Shown here: positions 17,357-27,286 of the stretch, piece by piece | Layout of the letters: every line of letters starts with the position of its first letter | Numbering within the stretch: the first letter of the stretch is position 1 | Origin: Candidatus Brocadiia bacterium | Lineage (GTDB): Bacteria; Planctomycetota; MHYJ01; JACQXL01; JACQZI01 | DNA: 64,000 nt | Direction: 5' to 3' | Assembly: GCA_020051675.1 (NCBI GenBank) | Contig: JAGVQN010000085.1 | Location: 8,170-72,169, forward strand | Translations under genes and position numbers: made by a program | The notes under the pieces: generated by a model | Database searches by the model: none | Told to the model about the DNA's origin: nothing | What the model saw: only the letters and a program-made list of their open reading frames with translations

Positions 17357-18145
17357 ATGATTACCGCCGGCGTTGATATGGGAGCCAAAACCATTAAGAT
17401 TGTCATCCTTAAAGATAAAAAGATTATCGGGAAATCCATGATTCTGGGCGGATTCGACCAGCGCGCCTCGGCCGAAAAGGCATTTGCCGAAGCGCTCTCC
17501 GCGGCAAAGGTAACCAGGAACGATATTGAAAGAATCACGGTTACCGGAATCGGCAAAAAGGAAGTCTATATGCATCCGCCTATTTCAGCCGACGCGGAAG
17601 TGACCGAAGTGACCGCCGATTCGCGCGGCGCGGTCACCCTTTACCCGACGGCCCGGACCGTGGTCGATGTCGGTGCCGAAGAAGGGCGTGGCATAAAGTG
17701 CGATGCCACCGGCAAGGTCATAGATTTCGCGGTGAATGAGAAATGCGCGGCAGGCGCCGGCTCATTTACCGAGGCCATGGCTCGCGCTTTGGAAGTGAAG
17801 ACAGAGGAAATCGGAAACCTTTCCATGCAGTCACAGCAGGCCGTGGCGATGAATGCCCAGTGTGCGGTCTTTGCCGAATCTGAAGTCGTCTCTCTGGTCC
17901 ACGCCAAAACCCCTAAGGCGGATATCGCCCGTGCGGTTCACGATGCCATTGCCAGCCGCATTACATCAATGGTGCGCCGTATCGGGATAGAAAAAGACGT
18001 CGTGCTTATCGGGGGCGTTTCCCGGAACAAAGGCTTTGTCGAATCTCTTAAGAAAAGTTTGGAAGTGGAAAACCTCCTCATTCCCGAAGAGCCCGAATAC
18101 GTCGGCGCGTTAGGCGCGGCGGTCATGGCCGCGGAAAAGAAATAA
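17357..18145 (+). CDS. Acyl-CoA dehydratase activase (BadF/BadG/BcrA/BcrD/HgdC ATPase family).
   Basis: It has an ASKHA-fold N-terminus (MITAGVDMGAKTIKIVI) and a conserved cysteine region (NEKCAAGAG). Confidence 0.8.
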   Translation: MITAGVDMGAKTIKIVILKDKKIIGKSMILGGFDQRASAEKAFAEALSAAKVTRNDIERITVTGIGKKEVYMHPPISADAEVTEVTADSRGAVTLYPTARTVVDVGAEEGRGIKCDATGKVIDFAVNEKCAAGAGSFTEAMARALEVKTEEIGNLSMQSQQAVAMNAQCAVFAESEVVSLVHAKTPKADIARAVHDAIASRITSMVRRIGIEKDVVLIGGVSRNKGFVESLKKSLEVENLLIPEEPEYVGALGAAVMAAEKK

Positions 18146-18179
18146 CGGGTAATTATTCACCGCAGAGGGCACAAGAGAA

Positions 18180-18887
18180 TTATTTCTCTTCCTCTATTCT
18201 CCTAAAGAATTTTAGATGGTGAGTGACTTTATTATCTTTGAGGGAATAGATAAAATAACAAGGTCCGCCTGAACAGCTATGAGTATGTCCCCAAGCTTTA
18301 ACCAGTACTTCTGAAGAATTCGGTGACCAGCCGATGGCATCCATGTAATAATGGTCATAGGGATACTTGTCGTTATATGTATTGTTTTTCCATATATCTT
18401 TCGTAATATCAAAAAACATGTCAGATATATGTCCGTAAAGTCCAGTTCCGATTTCCGAAATAGTCCCATCTGTTTCATTTATCATAAAAATGCTTGTCGT
18501 AGCTAAATCACTTCCCGCATGGTCATTTATAATTATTTTGCGACTATCCGGCGACCATAATACATAACATGATCTTTTGTATTCATAAACCAATTGATCT
18601 ATGTGGTTAGTTTTTATATCCATAAGCCAGATTTGAAAGTCATCGGGATATTCTTTTATCGGATTAGGGTTTTCTTTTTGATAAAGTGTATAATGAGCGT
18701 CAGGTGATGTTATGCGTTGTTTTTCCATTTCACCCTCGTCCCTGAGAAGGAGAATGGTTTTGTTTATTTTATACTCATTAATCCATTCTAAACCTTTGGG
18801 TATTTCTGTTTCTGATGTGCGGCCTATGAAAATTACTGTTACAATAAAAAGAGTGCAAAATATGCAAAGTGTTAATAACTTCTTCAT
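18180..18887 (-). CDS. Membrane-anchored protein with TolB/PD40-like beta-propeller repeats.
   Basis: An N-terminal TM helix is present, along with WSPDS/WSPNS repeat motifs. The gene is very AT-rich relative to its neighbours. Confidence 0.5.
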   Translation of the reverse strand: MKKLLTLCIFCTLFIVTVIFIGRTSETEIPKGLEWINEYKINKTILLLRDEGEMEKQRITSPDAHYTLYQKENPNPIKEYPDDFQIWLMDIKTNHIDQLVYEYKRSCYVLWSPDSRKIIINDHAGSDLATTSIFMINETDGTISEIGTGLYGHISDMFFDITKDIWKNNTYNDKYPYDHYYMDAIGWSPNSSEVLVKAWGHTHSCSGGPCYFIYSLKDNKVTHHLKFFRRIEEEK

Positions 18888-18920
18888 AATTCACGCCTTC
18901 CTGTTTTCTTACAGAAAGAA

Positions 18921-20219
18921 TCATTTCAATACCGGCACTAAATTAAATCCCTGCGGAATGATTACAACCGATGCTCTTGGTCGTAAGGATTCCAATATCT
19001 TGTCTAATGTCTCCTGCACATCTTTAACAAGATTTATTTCCATATCCTGAACCATCTTATCGCTCAGCGCGGTTTTCATGTAAATATTATAATCACGTGC
19101 CTTGATAAGGGTGCATAAAGCGGTGTGGCCGTTTATCGCGAAATTACGCCTTAATTTTTTCTCTAATTCAGCAAGATTCTTATACTTCAGCCACGGCAGG
19201 AATGTGTCCGAGCCGATTCCTTGGGCGCATTCGCCTAAAACCAGCATGCTCCCTTTCTTCTTTAATCCCTTGGAAGCGTGCTCGATGGTTTTATGGGTTT
19301 GGATAAAGGTGATGTCCGAAGGGAATCCGCCGGCAGAGGCGATAATGAAATCGGCCGGCCTGGCAAGATTCCTTGTATAGGTTCTTTTTACTAGGGTGCA
19401 GCCTTTTTCATGAGCTTTTCTTATATCGCCGCAGAAGAAGTGCGAAACCTCCCGCTCTGAATTCAAAACCATATCTATGGAGAAGATGGTCTTGCCCCTT
19501 TCTTTCAGGAGCTTTATGATTTCCATAAGGTCCTCGTGCACCGGGTTTTTGGAGAGTTTCCCAAGCTCGGCATGCGGGTTTTTCCCCGCCTTCGGTTTCT
19601 GATTGAACACCAGGCTATGGTTATGGAGAACGGTATTATAGTCCGCGCATCCGGGCGTAATCAGTTTCCGGCCGCCTGAAAATCCGGCAAAGTAATGGAA
19701 CTGTATCACCCCGCAGGTGATTATCTTATCCGCTTCGGTTATCGCGCGGTTTAAAGAGGCTTCGGTCCCGCGAGAAGTCCGGCCGACATATTCGAGCTGC
19801 CGAAGGTCGCGGCAGTCGTGGTCGACTATTTTAAATGTCTTGTAAATCTTTTCTCCCACCAGCGCTTTGAGTTCCGCTTTTGAATGGGAAGGATGTGTGC
19901 CGCGTGTGATGATGATGGTGATATCGGATGCTGGAATCCCGCACGCCTTAAGCCGTGTGGCGAGAATTTCCAGAACCGGCTGGGAATATCCCCTGCGGCT
20001 TTTATCCGGGATGGCGATTGTTACCTTATCGCCCTTCCTAAAATTGCGGTTGAAAGGCAATGCATTGATGGGTTTATCCAGCGCCTTGTTTAGGGATTGT
20101 TTGAAATTACTGACCGGCGGCGTTTTCTTTATATCCAGAACCTTGAATTTTATATGGCCGGGAATCTTGAGCCTGATTTGGCTTTTGCCGTAGGGAAGAG
20201 AGATAGTTTTATATTCCAT
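18921..20219 (-). CDS. LarA-family protein (nickel-pincer-cofactor-dependent 2-hydroxyacid racemase family).
   Basis: The motif HYFAGFSGGRKLITPG matches the LarA motif containing the cofactor-tethering Lys. The length is ~430 aa. Confidence 0.7.
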   Translation of the reverse strand: MEYKTISLPYGKSQIRLKIPGHIKFKVLDIKKTPPVSNFKQSLNKALDKPINALPFNRNFRKGDKVTIAIPDKSRRGYSQPVLEILATRLKACGIPASDITIIITRGTHPSHSKAELKALVGEKIYKTFKIVDHDCRDLRQLEYVGRTSRGTEASLNRAITEADKIITCGVIQFHYFAGFSGGRKLITPGCADYNTVLHNHSLVFNQKPKAGKNPHAELGKLSKNPVHEDLMEIIKLLKERGKTIFSIDMVLNSEREVSHFFCGDIRKAHEKGCTLVKRTYTRNLARPADFIIASAGGFPSDITFIQTHKTIEHASKGLKKKGSMLVLGECAQGIGSDTFLPWLKYKNLAELEKKLRRNFAINGHTALCTLIKARDYNIYMKTALSDKMVQDMEINLVKDVQETLDKILESLRPRASVVIIPQGFNLVPVLK

Positions 20220-20257
20220 AGAATCTTCTAATCTCTGTGACCTCTGTGGTCGTAATT

Positions 20258-21982
20258 CTATTTATCCTCAATCCGCGGGAACAGGGGTTTTGATTTGGCA
20301 ACCTTCCCCTTCACCTGTCCCCATTCAAGCGCCTTGGGCATCTTTAGATGTTCCGGTATATTAAAGCCCCGCTCCGCTACGCTCCGCGGGACGATAGGGA
20401 GTCCCCCGAAAATGTCGGGGGCGCCATCTGTTTTTCCATTACCGATGCCCAGTTGTAATAATATCGCATCCGCGGTTTGCGGCATAAAGGGCGAAATCCA
20501 GACCGCGATGATGCGGATAGTCTCGACCAGCGTATATAAAACCGGTTTCAGGCGTTCTGGGTCCTGCTTTGCCAGCGACCAGGGCTTGGCCTCTTCTATA
20601 AACTTATTGGCGCGTTTCACCACTTCCCAGATTCTTTCCAGCGCCGCGCTGAACTGGAGTTTGCCCAGTTCCTTATCCACGCTTACCTTCAAGTCCTCAA
20701 GCATTTCCTTAAGCTCTTTTGAATCCGCTGTATCAGGAAAGTACGGGATTTCTCCCTGGAAATATTTCTCTATCATGGTGAGCGTCCGCAAAAGGAGATT
20801 GCCCAAATCGTTCCCTAAATCGTTATTATAGCGTCCCATTAAAGCCGGGTATGAGAAATCTCCGTCCAGCCCAAACGGCACTTCGCGGAGGAGAAAATAT
20901 CTAACCCCATCAACTCCGAATTTATCGACCACATCCTGCGGGTAAACGACGTTGCCCTTGGATTTGGATATCTTTTCCGAGTTCATCGTCCACCAGCCGT
21001 GGGCAAAGACCTGTTTGGGCGGCTCGACCCCGGCGGAAAAGAGCATCGCTGGCCAGATGACCGTGTGGAACCAGAGGATATCCTTGGCGATAAGGTGAAT
21101 CTCCGCCGGCCAGAGTTTCCTGAATTGCTTCTCGTCAGCCGGATAGCCGATTGCCGAGATGTAGTTAATCAGCGCGTCAAACCAGACCCAGATGACCTGC
21201 GGAGCCGTCCCATTCGAGGACGCCCGATTATCGGGTGCCCCTGCCTTGCCGTCAGGCAGGCCCGAAACGGAGTGGAGCGGGGCAGCGACGTCCCGACCCT
21301 CCGGTCGGGAAGAAGGCAGCTCCGGCATGTTCACTCCCCAGTCGAATGCCGAGCGGCTGATTGAGATATCGTCGATTCCCGTTTCCAGCCGGTAAATTAT
21401 TTCATTATACCTGCTCTTGGGCAGGACGAAATCAGGATGCGCCTTGAAATATTCCAGGAGTTTCTGCTGGTATTTGGAAAGCCTGAAGAAATAGTTGGTT
21501 TCTTCGGTATGCTCGGCAGGGCGCTTGCAAATCGGGCATAAGGGCACGGCCAATCCGGCCTGTTCTTTCAGCTCATCCTTTAAAAGATAGCGTTCGCACG
21601 GGACGCAATACCAGCCGGCGTATTTGCCTTTGTAGATATCGCCGGAAGCGGAAATCTTCCTGAAGAGCGTTTGGACAGCCGCTTCATGCTTCGGGTCGGT
21701 TGTGCGGATAAATCCATCGTTGGTGATATTGAGTATCTTCCAGACCGCCTGGTATTTGGGCACGAGCGTATCCACGAGCTCCTTGGGGGTGATGCCTTTT
21801 TCCTTGGCAGCGCGGGCGATTTTCTGCCCGTGCTCGTCCGTCCCGGTCAGGTAGAAAACCTCGTCGCCCTTCATCCGGTGGTAGCGCGCCAGGACGTCTC
21901 CGGCAATGGTCGTGTATGCCGTGCCGATGTGCGGCTCCGCGTTTACATAATATATCGGGGTGGTGATATAAAATTTAGCCAT
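20258..21982 (-). CDS. metG: Methionyl-tRNA synthetase (core enzyme, no C-terminal tRNA-binding domain). It carries a GC-rich in-frame insertion.
   Basis: It has PIYYVNAEPHIGTAY (HIGH region), a KMSKS-like region (KISKSKGN) and zinc-knuckle cysteines. The start is placed at MAKFYITTP. The ORF track begins 25 codons further upstream. Confidence 0.9.
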   Translation of the reverse strand: MAKFYITTPIYYVNAEPHIGTAYTTIAGDVLARYHRMKGDEVFYLTGTDEHGQKIARAAKEKGITPKELVDTLVPKYQAVWKILNITNDGFIRTTDPKHEAAVQTLFRKISASGDIYKGKYAGWYCVPCERYLLKDELKEQAGLAVPLCPICKRPAEHTEETNYFFRLSKYQQKLLEYFKAHPDFVLPKSRYNEIIYRLETGIDDISISRSAFDWGVNMPELPSSRPEGRDVAAPLHSVSGLPDGKAGAPDNRASSNGTAPQVIWVWFDALINYISAIGYPADEKQFRKLWPAEIHLIAKDILWFHTVIWPAMLFSAGVEPPKQVFAHGWWTMNSEKISKSKGNVVYPQDVVDKFGVDGVRYFLLREVPFGLDGDFSYPALMGRYNNDLGNDLGNLLLRTLTMIEKYFQGEIPYFPDTADSKELKEMLEDLKVSVDKELGKLQFSAALERIWEVVKRANKFIEEAKPWSLAKQDPERLKPVLYTLVETIRIIAVWISPFMPQTADAILLQLGIGNGKTDGAPDIFGGLPIVPRSVAERGFNIPEHLKMPKALEWGQVKGKVAKSKPLFPRIEDK

Positions 21983-22300
21983 ATCGGGATAATTTATATC
22001 AGAATAGGCGTAATTGTAAAGTAAAAACGGAGTTGTCAAACAAGGAGATTTAAGCAACTACAGACGCACACCGATAAACTCGGATTTATTTATATCAGTG
22101 TCCATCTGCCCCTAAAGGGAAGCTTTGCACTGTGTATCGGTGGATACATATATGGTTTTCAGGCGACTTTTATTTGATTTCTAAAGTCAATTAAAGTAAG
22201 ATATGTCTCACTCCTCCCGTTGAAATGGGATTCGGGGACACCCGATTACAGGGAGTTCCTGTAGGGGGTGCTTTTTCGTCTTATAGAAAGAAAGGGAAAT

Positions 22301-23716
22301 ATGATGAAGATATATATGGGAATGCTCATGGGCTTGGTAATTGGGGCTGTTTTAGCGGCAGGATGCGCTTCTTCAGGCAGTATAAAAAAGGCGGACAATT
22401 ATTTCCAGGAAGGGTTGAAATGCCTTAATCAGCAAAACGCCGATATGGCGATTGATAATTTCAATAAGGCAATCGAACTTAATCCCAATCATGCGGACGC
22501 TTATTTAGAGCGGAGCATAGCGTATATGTTAAAAGGAAGTAAAACCGAAGATAAAAAGAAAGATGAAAAGAAAAAGTATCAGGAAGCGGCCTTTGCGGAT
22601 GCCAATAAGGCAACCCAGTTAGACCAGAAGTCGCCGAAATGCCATTACTATATGGGAGAAGCTTACAGCGAAATGAAGAAGGCGGATGAAGCGATCGTCG
22701 AATACAGTAAAGCCATTGAACTGGATTTGAATTATATAGATGCTTATTACCAGCGAGGGTATGTTTATCTTGCCGGAAAAGGCGAGGGGAAACCGGCTAT
22801 TGCGGATTTTACCAAAGTAATCGCGCTTAATCCAACGTATCCGGATGTTTATTTTTACCGCGGGATGTCTTACGAAAAAGACGGGGATAACCTTAAAGCG
22901 CTCGCCGATTATTCCGAGGATATAAAGATAAATCCGAAACACTTGGAAGCTTATATGAACCGCGGAATAATTTATGAAGTGCTGGGTGACTACGAAAAAG
23001 CGTTGGATGATTATGAATTAATAATTAAGCTTGACCCGGAAAATCCCAGGACTTACCTTAACCGCGGTATAGTTTACCAGAAAAATAACGATTACGTTAA
23101 CGCCATTGCGGATTTTACCAAAGCCATAGAAATGGAACCGTCTTTTGACAAAGCCTATGTCAACCGAGGATTTAATTATTACACGACAGGCGATTTAAAG
23201 AATGCCATGGCTGATTATAATCAGGCGATTAAGATTAATCCGGATTCCGCCATCGTTTATATGGGATTGGGGCTGGTTTATAAGGCGTCCGGCAATTTTG
23301 ATAAAGCCATCGAATGTTATGATAAAGCGTTGAAAATAAATCCCGATTATGCCGAGGTCTATAAATGCCGAGGTTCGGCTTTGCATATGAAAGGTGATTA
23401 CGACAAAGCGATTGAAAATTACACTAAAGCAATCGAATTAAAGTCAAATATGACAGATGCTTATTATAATCGGGGGCTTTCTTATGAAAACCTCCAGCAA
23501 TTTGATAAAGCCATTACCGATTATATCCAAGTCGTTAAGCTGAATCCCAAAGATACGGAGGCTTATTTCAGTATCGGTTTGTGCTATGTCCAAAAAAGAG
23601 ATGCCGTTAATGCCGAGGATAGTTTCAAGAAAGTCCTTGAAATTAACCCTAAGCATCAGGATGCCCAAGATGCCCTCAAAGAATTGGAAAGAATAAAAGA
23701 AGAATCTCAGCAATGA
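22301..23716 (+). CDS. TPR-repeat lipoprotein.
   Basis: It has a signal peptide with lipobox (LAAGCAS) and more than 10 tandem 34-aa TPR repeats. Confidence 0.7.
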   Translation: MMKIYMGMLMGLVIGAVLAAGCASSGSIKKADNYFQEGLKCLNQQNADMAIDNFNKAIELNPNHADAYLERSIAYMLKGSKTEDKKKDEKKKYQEAAFADANKATQLDQKSPKCHYYMGEAYSEMKKADEAIVEYSKAIELDLNYIDAYYQRGYVYLAGKGEGKPAIADFTKVIALNPTYPDVYFYRGMSYEKDGDNLKALADYSEDIKINPKHLEAYMNRGIIYEVLGDYEKALDDYELIIKLDPENPRTYLNRGIVYQKNNDYVNAIADFTKAIEMEPSFDKAYVNRGFNYYTTGDLKNAMADYNQAIKINPDSAIVYMGLGLVYKASGNFDKAIECYDKALKINPDYAEVYKCRGSALHMKGDYDKAIENYTKAIELKSNMTDAYYNRGLSYENLQQFDKAITDYIQVVKLNPKDTEAYFSIGLCYVQKRDAVNAEDSFKKVLEINPKHQDAQDALKELERIKEESQQ

Positions 23717-23739
23717 ATAGGCATACGACAGCTTGATTT

Positions 23740-24159
23740 ATGCGTATTTTAGGGATTGATTACGGGACGAAAAGAGTCGGGCTGGCTATTAGCACAGAGA
23801 AAGAAACCATGGCATTGCCTCATAGTGTCATAGAAACCGAAGACTCCGCCGAAAAGCTTTCCGCAATCAGCGATATCGCCCGGTCGGAAAATATCGGTAA
23901 AATCGTCATCGGCATCCCTTATAAATACGATGGGTCTTTGGGTGAGCGCGCCAAAGCGGTGCTAGAATTCGCCGAGGCCTTAAAGAAGGAACTGTCGCTT
24001 TCTGTGGAAACGTATGACGAAAGATTATCCACCGTGGAATCGACCGAGAGGCTTCGTGAATTAAATCTCAATCGTAAAGATAAGCGCAAACGGATTAACG
24101 CCGTTGCCGCGCAGATAATACTGCAGGGGTATCTGGACAGCCAAAAGCCTGTCGGATAA
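23740..24159 (+). CDS. ruvX: Holliday junction resolvase-like protein RuvX/YqgF.
   Basis: MRILGIDYGTKRVGLAIS... Confidence 0.85.
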   Translation: MRILGIDYGTKRVGLAISTEKETMALPHSVIETEDSAEKLSAISDIARSENIGKIVIGIPYKYDGSLGERAKAVLEFAEALKKELSLSVETYDERLSTVESTERLRELNLNRKDKRKRINAVAAQIILQGYLDSQKPVG

Positions 24160-24299
24160 ATATCAAATTATTTTGACCACGCCATAAATCGAAGTTATAG
24201 TTATTTATTCTGAATTTGTAGAAACATTGTGTATTCAATTAGTCCCGATAGTCATCGGGATCCCCCCGATGTAACGTCGGGAGAAAAGGAGAGATTGAT

Positions 24300-25502
24300 A
24301 TGGCAGGATTGGATTTCCTACAGCCCTACCTGGACGACCTCAAGGCAAAAGGCATTTATAATTACGTTAAAGTGGTGGAAAGCGCTCAGACGCCTACCTG
24401 TATAGTCAACGGCAAAAAGGTGGTGAACCTTTCCTCCAATAATTACCTCGGGTTGGCGACCCATCCCAAACTGAAGGAAGCCATGATAAAGGCGACGGAG
24501 AAATGGGGAGTCGGCGCCGGCGCGGTCAGGCCGATTATCGGCACCATGACCATCCATAAGGAACTGGATGAAAAACTCGCCAAATTCAAGAAAGTGGAAT
24601 CAGCCCTGACTTTCGTCGCGGGCATTGCCGCCAACCGCGGAAGCATCCAGGCGATTCTTACCAATCCATTGAATAAAGATGAAGAAGGCGAATATGTTGT
24701 TATCAGCGATGAATTGAACCACGCCAGTATTATTGATGGAGTCCGCTTGACAAAGGCAAAAAGGAAGATATTTAAGCATAAGGATATGGCTGATCTCAAA
24801 AAGGTGCTGGAAGAAAGCAAAGGCGCGCCGCGCATCATGATTATTACCGATGGCGTATTCAGCATGGACGGCGATATCGCCCCGCTGGATAAGATTTACG
24901 AACTCGCCAAGCAATACGGCGCGTTCACCATGGTTGATGACGCTCACGGAGAAGGTGTCCTCGGCAAAAACGGGCGCGGAACGGTTGATCACTTTGGACT
25001 CCACGGCAAGTGGGATATTGATATGGGCACTCTTTCCAAGGCATTGGGCTGTCTGGGCGGTTATATCGCCGGGACCAAGAACCTGACCGAATATCTGATT
25101 CACCAGGCGCGTCCGTTCCTGTTCTCCACAGGGCATCCTCCGGGAGTCGCTGCAGCCTGCATCGCGGCAATAGACGTGCTGGAAACAGAGCCGGAAATAC
25201 ATGCCAGGCTCTGGGAAAACGCTGATTTCTTTAAGAAGGGTTTAAGGCAGTTGGGATTGGATATCGGCGAAACCGTCACCCCGATTGCGCCGATTATCGT
25301 GGGCGAAGAAAGGAAAGCCATGGAACTCGCCAAGAAGCTCTTTGAAGAAGGCGTTTTGGGCGTGGGCATTGTCTTCCCGACCGTTGCAAGGGGAAAAGCC
25401 AGGGTAAGGACAATCGTTACGGCGACGCACACAAAAGAGGAACTGACCTTCGCGCTTGACAAAATCGGCAAGGTTTGCAAGTCGCTGGGGATAATTAAAT
25501 AA
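24300..25502 (+). CDS. PLP-dependent acyltransferase of the Kbl/BioF family (glycine C-acetyltransferase or 8-amino-7-oxononanoate synthase).
   Basis: It has the class-II aminotransferase fold and the PLP lysine region GTLSKALG. Confidence 0.8.
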   Translation: MAGLDFLQPYLDDLKAKGIYNYVKVVESAQTPTCIVNGKKVVNLSSNNYLGLATHPKLKEAMIKATEKWGVGAGAVRPIIGTMTIHKELDEKLAKFKKVESALTFVAGIAANRGSIQAILTNPLNKDEEGEYVVISDELNHASIIDGVRLTKAKRKIFKHKDMADLKKVLEESKGAPRIMIITDGVFSMDGDIAPLDKIYELAKQYGAFTMVDDAHGEGVLGKNGRGTVDHFGLHGKWDIDMGTLSKALGCLGGYIAGTKNLTEYLIHQARPFLFSTGHPPGVAAACIAAIDVLETEPEIHARLWENADFFKKGLRQLGLDIGETVTPIAPIIVGEERKAMELAKKLFEEGVLGVGIVFPTVARGKARVRTIVTATHTKEELTFALDKIGKVCKSLGIIK

Positions 25503-25520
25503 ACCGGTAAAAGAAGTAAT

Positions 25521-25547
25521 AATGGGGTGATTCCGAAATGAATCACC
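25521..25547 (+). terminator. Hairpin GGGGTGATTC-cgaaat-GAATCACCCC after the kbl/bioF-family gene.
   Basis: A perfect 10-bp stem. Confidence 0.5.
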
Positions 25548-25889
25548 CCATATCCAATCCATTTAAGCATAGGTTTAAAATGAATATAATGCGCTTTTAG
25601 GCAGGGGGTTATTTACACCTCCCTATAAAGAGATATCCCACCCAGTTAAATCAGTGTCCTTCCTGCTTACAAAATGTTATATTCGTCCTATACAAGCGTT
25701 ATAGGACTCCTATAAAAGAATAATATGCCCCCTTCCAGGGATTTCTTCCTCCTTTGATGTTTTTTCGGTTTTGCTACATCGGATGGTATCAGCGGTTGCG
25801 GTTATTATTTTATTGCATTCGGACGGCTATTTGATATACTCCTTCAATAACTTATAACCAGTAGCGTTTGCTTAAAAAGGACGCATGAT

Positions 25890-27200
25890 ATGAAAAAGGC
25901 GATAGATTTAATCAAGTCCAAAAAAGCCAAGGTCGGAATTATCGGGATGGGATATGTTGGGCTTCCCCTGGCGCGCCTGTTTGCCCGGAACGGATTCGCC
26001 GTTATCGGATTCGATATCGATACGGAAAAGATTAAAAACCTGAACGTGGGTAAGAGTTACATTAAACATATTACTTCGGATTCCGTAAAAGAAATGCTCC
26101 GGCAGGGTTTCCGGGCCAGCAATAATTTTAAGGAGCTTAAAACCACGGATGCCATTATTATCTGCGTGCCGACTCCGTTGACCAAGATGCGCGAGCCGGA
26201 CCTTTCTTATATCGTTAAGACCGCCGAGGTGATTTCGCAGAACCTGCGCAAGGGGCATCTGGTTGTTTTGGAAAGCACCACTTATCCGGGGACGACGGAC
26301 GAAGATGTCCTTCCGATACTGGAGAAATCGGGCCTCAAATTCGGGAAGGATTTCCTCTTGGCATTTTCGCCGGAGCGCGAAGACCCGGGGAATCCCGTTT
26401 ATTCCACGGAGAAGATACCGAAGATTGTCGGCGGGGTGAACCGGGAATCCGGAGAGCTTGCCGCGCTTTTATACGGGAGCGTAGTCAAAAACGTCGTGCC
26501 GGTCTCCAACGCGCGCGTTGCCGAATCGGCAAAACTTTTGGAAAATATTTACCGCTGTATCAATATCGCCATGGTCAACGAGCTTAAGATGCTCTTTGAC
26601 CGAATGGGCATAGATATCTGGGAAGTGATAAGGGCCGCATCCACGAAACCCTTCGGGTTCCATCCGTTTTATCCGGGTCCGGGGCTGGGCGGTCATTGCA
26701 TCCCGATAGACCCGTTTTACCTTACCTGGAAGGCGCGACAGTATGAAATGCCGACCCGGTTTATCGAACTGGCCGGAGAGATTAATACCAATATGCCTTA
26801 TTACGTGGTCACCAGGACAATCGATGCCTTAAACGAGCGAGGCAAATCCATTAAGGGCGCCAGGATACTTATTCTCGGCGCGGCTTATAAAAAGGATGTG
26901 GATGACATGCGCGAATCGCCGTCCATCCGCCTGATAGAAATACTGGGAGAAAAAGGCGCCAAGGTTTCTTACAACGACCCATATATCCCGAAGTTCCCAC
27001 ACTTGCGACAGCATAAAATTACGCTTAAGTCGCAGGAGCTGACTGCGGAACTTCTTAAGAGACAGGATGCGGTGGTGATCGCCACGGACCATTCGATTTA
27101 TGATTATCAGTGGATTGTGAAGAACTCTGCGCTTGTTGTAGATAGCCGTAACGCCACGGCGAAGGTGACGGCAGGGAGAGAGAAGATAGTTAAGGCGTAG
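25890..27200 (+). CDS. Nucleotide-sugar dehydrogenase (UDP-N-acetyl-D-glucosamine/mannosamine dehydrogenase, WbpA/WecC-like).
   Basis: It has an N-terminal Rossmann motif (GIIGMGYVGLPLA) and a UDP-glucose/GDP-mannose dehydrogenase family core. Confidence 0.85.
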   Translation: MKKAIDLIKSKKAKVGIIGMGYVGLPLARLFARNGFAVIGFDIDTEKIKNLNVGKSYIKHITSDSVKEMLRQGFRASNNFKELKTTDAIIICVPTPLTKMREPDLSYIVKTAEVISQNLRKGHLVVLESTTYPGTTDEDVLPILEKSGLKFGKDFLLAFSPEREDPGNPVYSTEKIPKIVGGVNRESGELAALLYGSVVKNVVPVSNARVAESAKLLENIYRCINIAMVNELKMLFDRMGIDIWEVIRAASTKPFGFHPFYPGPGLGGHCIPIDPFYLTWKARQYEMPTRFIELAGEINTNMPYYVVTRTIDALNERGKSIKGARILILGAAYKKDVDDMRESPSIRLIEILGEKGAKVSYNDPYIPKFPHLRQHKITLKSQELTAELLKRQDAVVIATDHSIYDYQWIVKNSALVVDSRNATAKVTAGREKIVKA

Positions 27201-27209
27201 AGTTTTGTC

Positions 27210-27270
27210 ATTCCTGCGTAAGCAGGAATCCAGTGTGCAAAGATTCGGGATTCCGTGTCAGGCACGGAAT
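27210..27270 (+). terminator. Two tandem 8-bp-stem hairpins: ATTCCTGC-gtaa-GCAGGAAT and ATTCCGTG-tcagg-CACGGAAT.
   Basis: Direct reading. They lie between the dehydrogenase and phosphomutase genes. Confidence 0.4.
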
Positions 27271-27286
27271 GACGGAGAGAAAAGCT

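Noticed and set aside
24160-24299. Possible glycine riboswitch upstream of the Kbl/BioF-family gene.
   Set aside because: The region contains only short CCCGAT...ATCGGG hairpins and lacks the conserved tandem-aptamer features. It is too divergent to call without a covariance-model scan.
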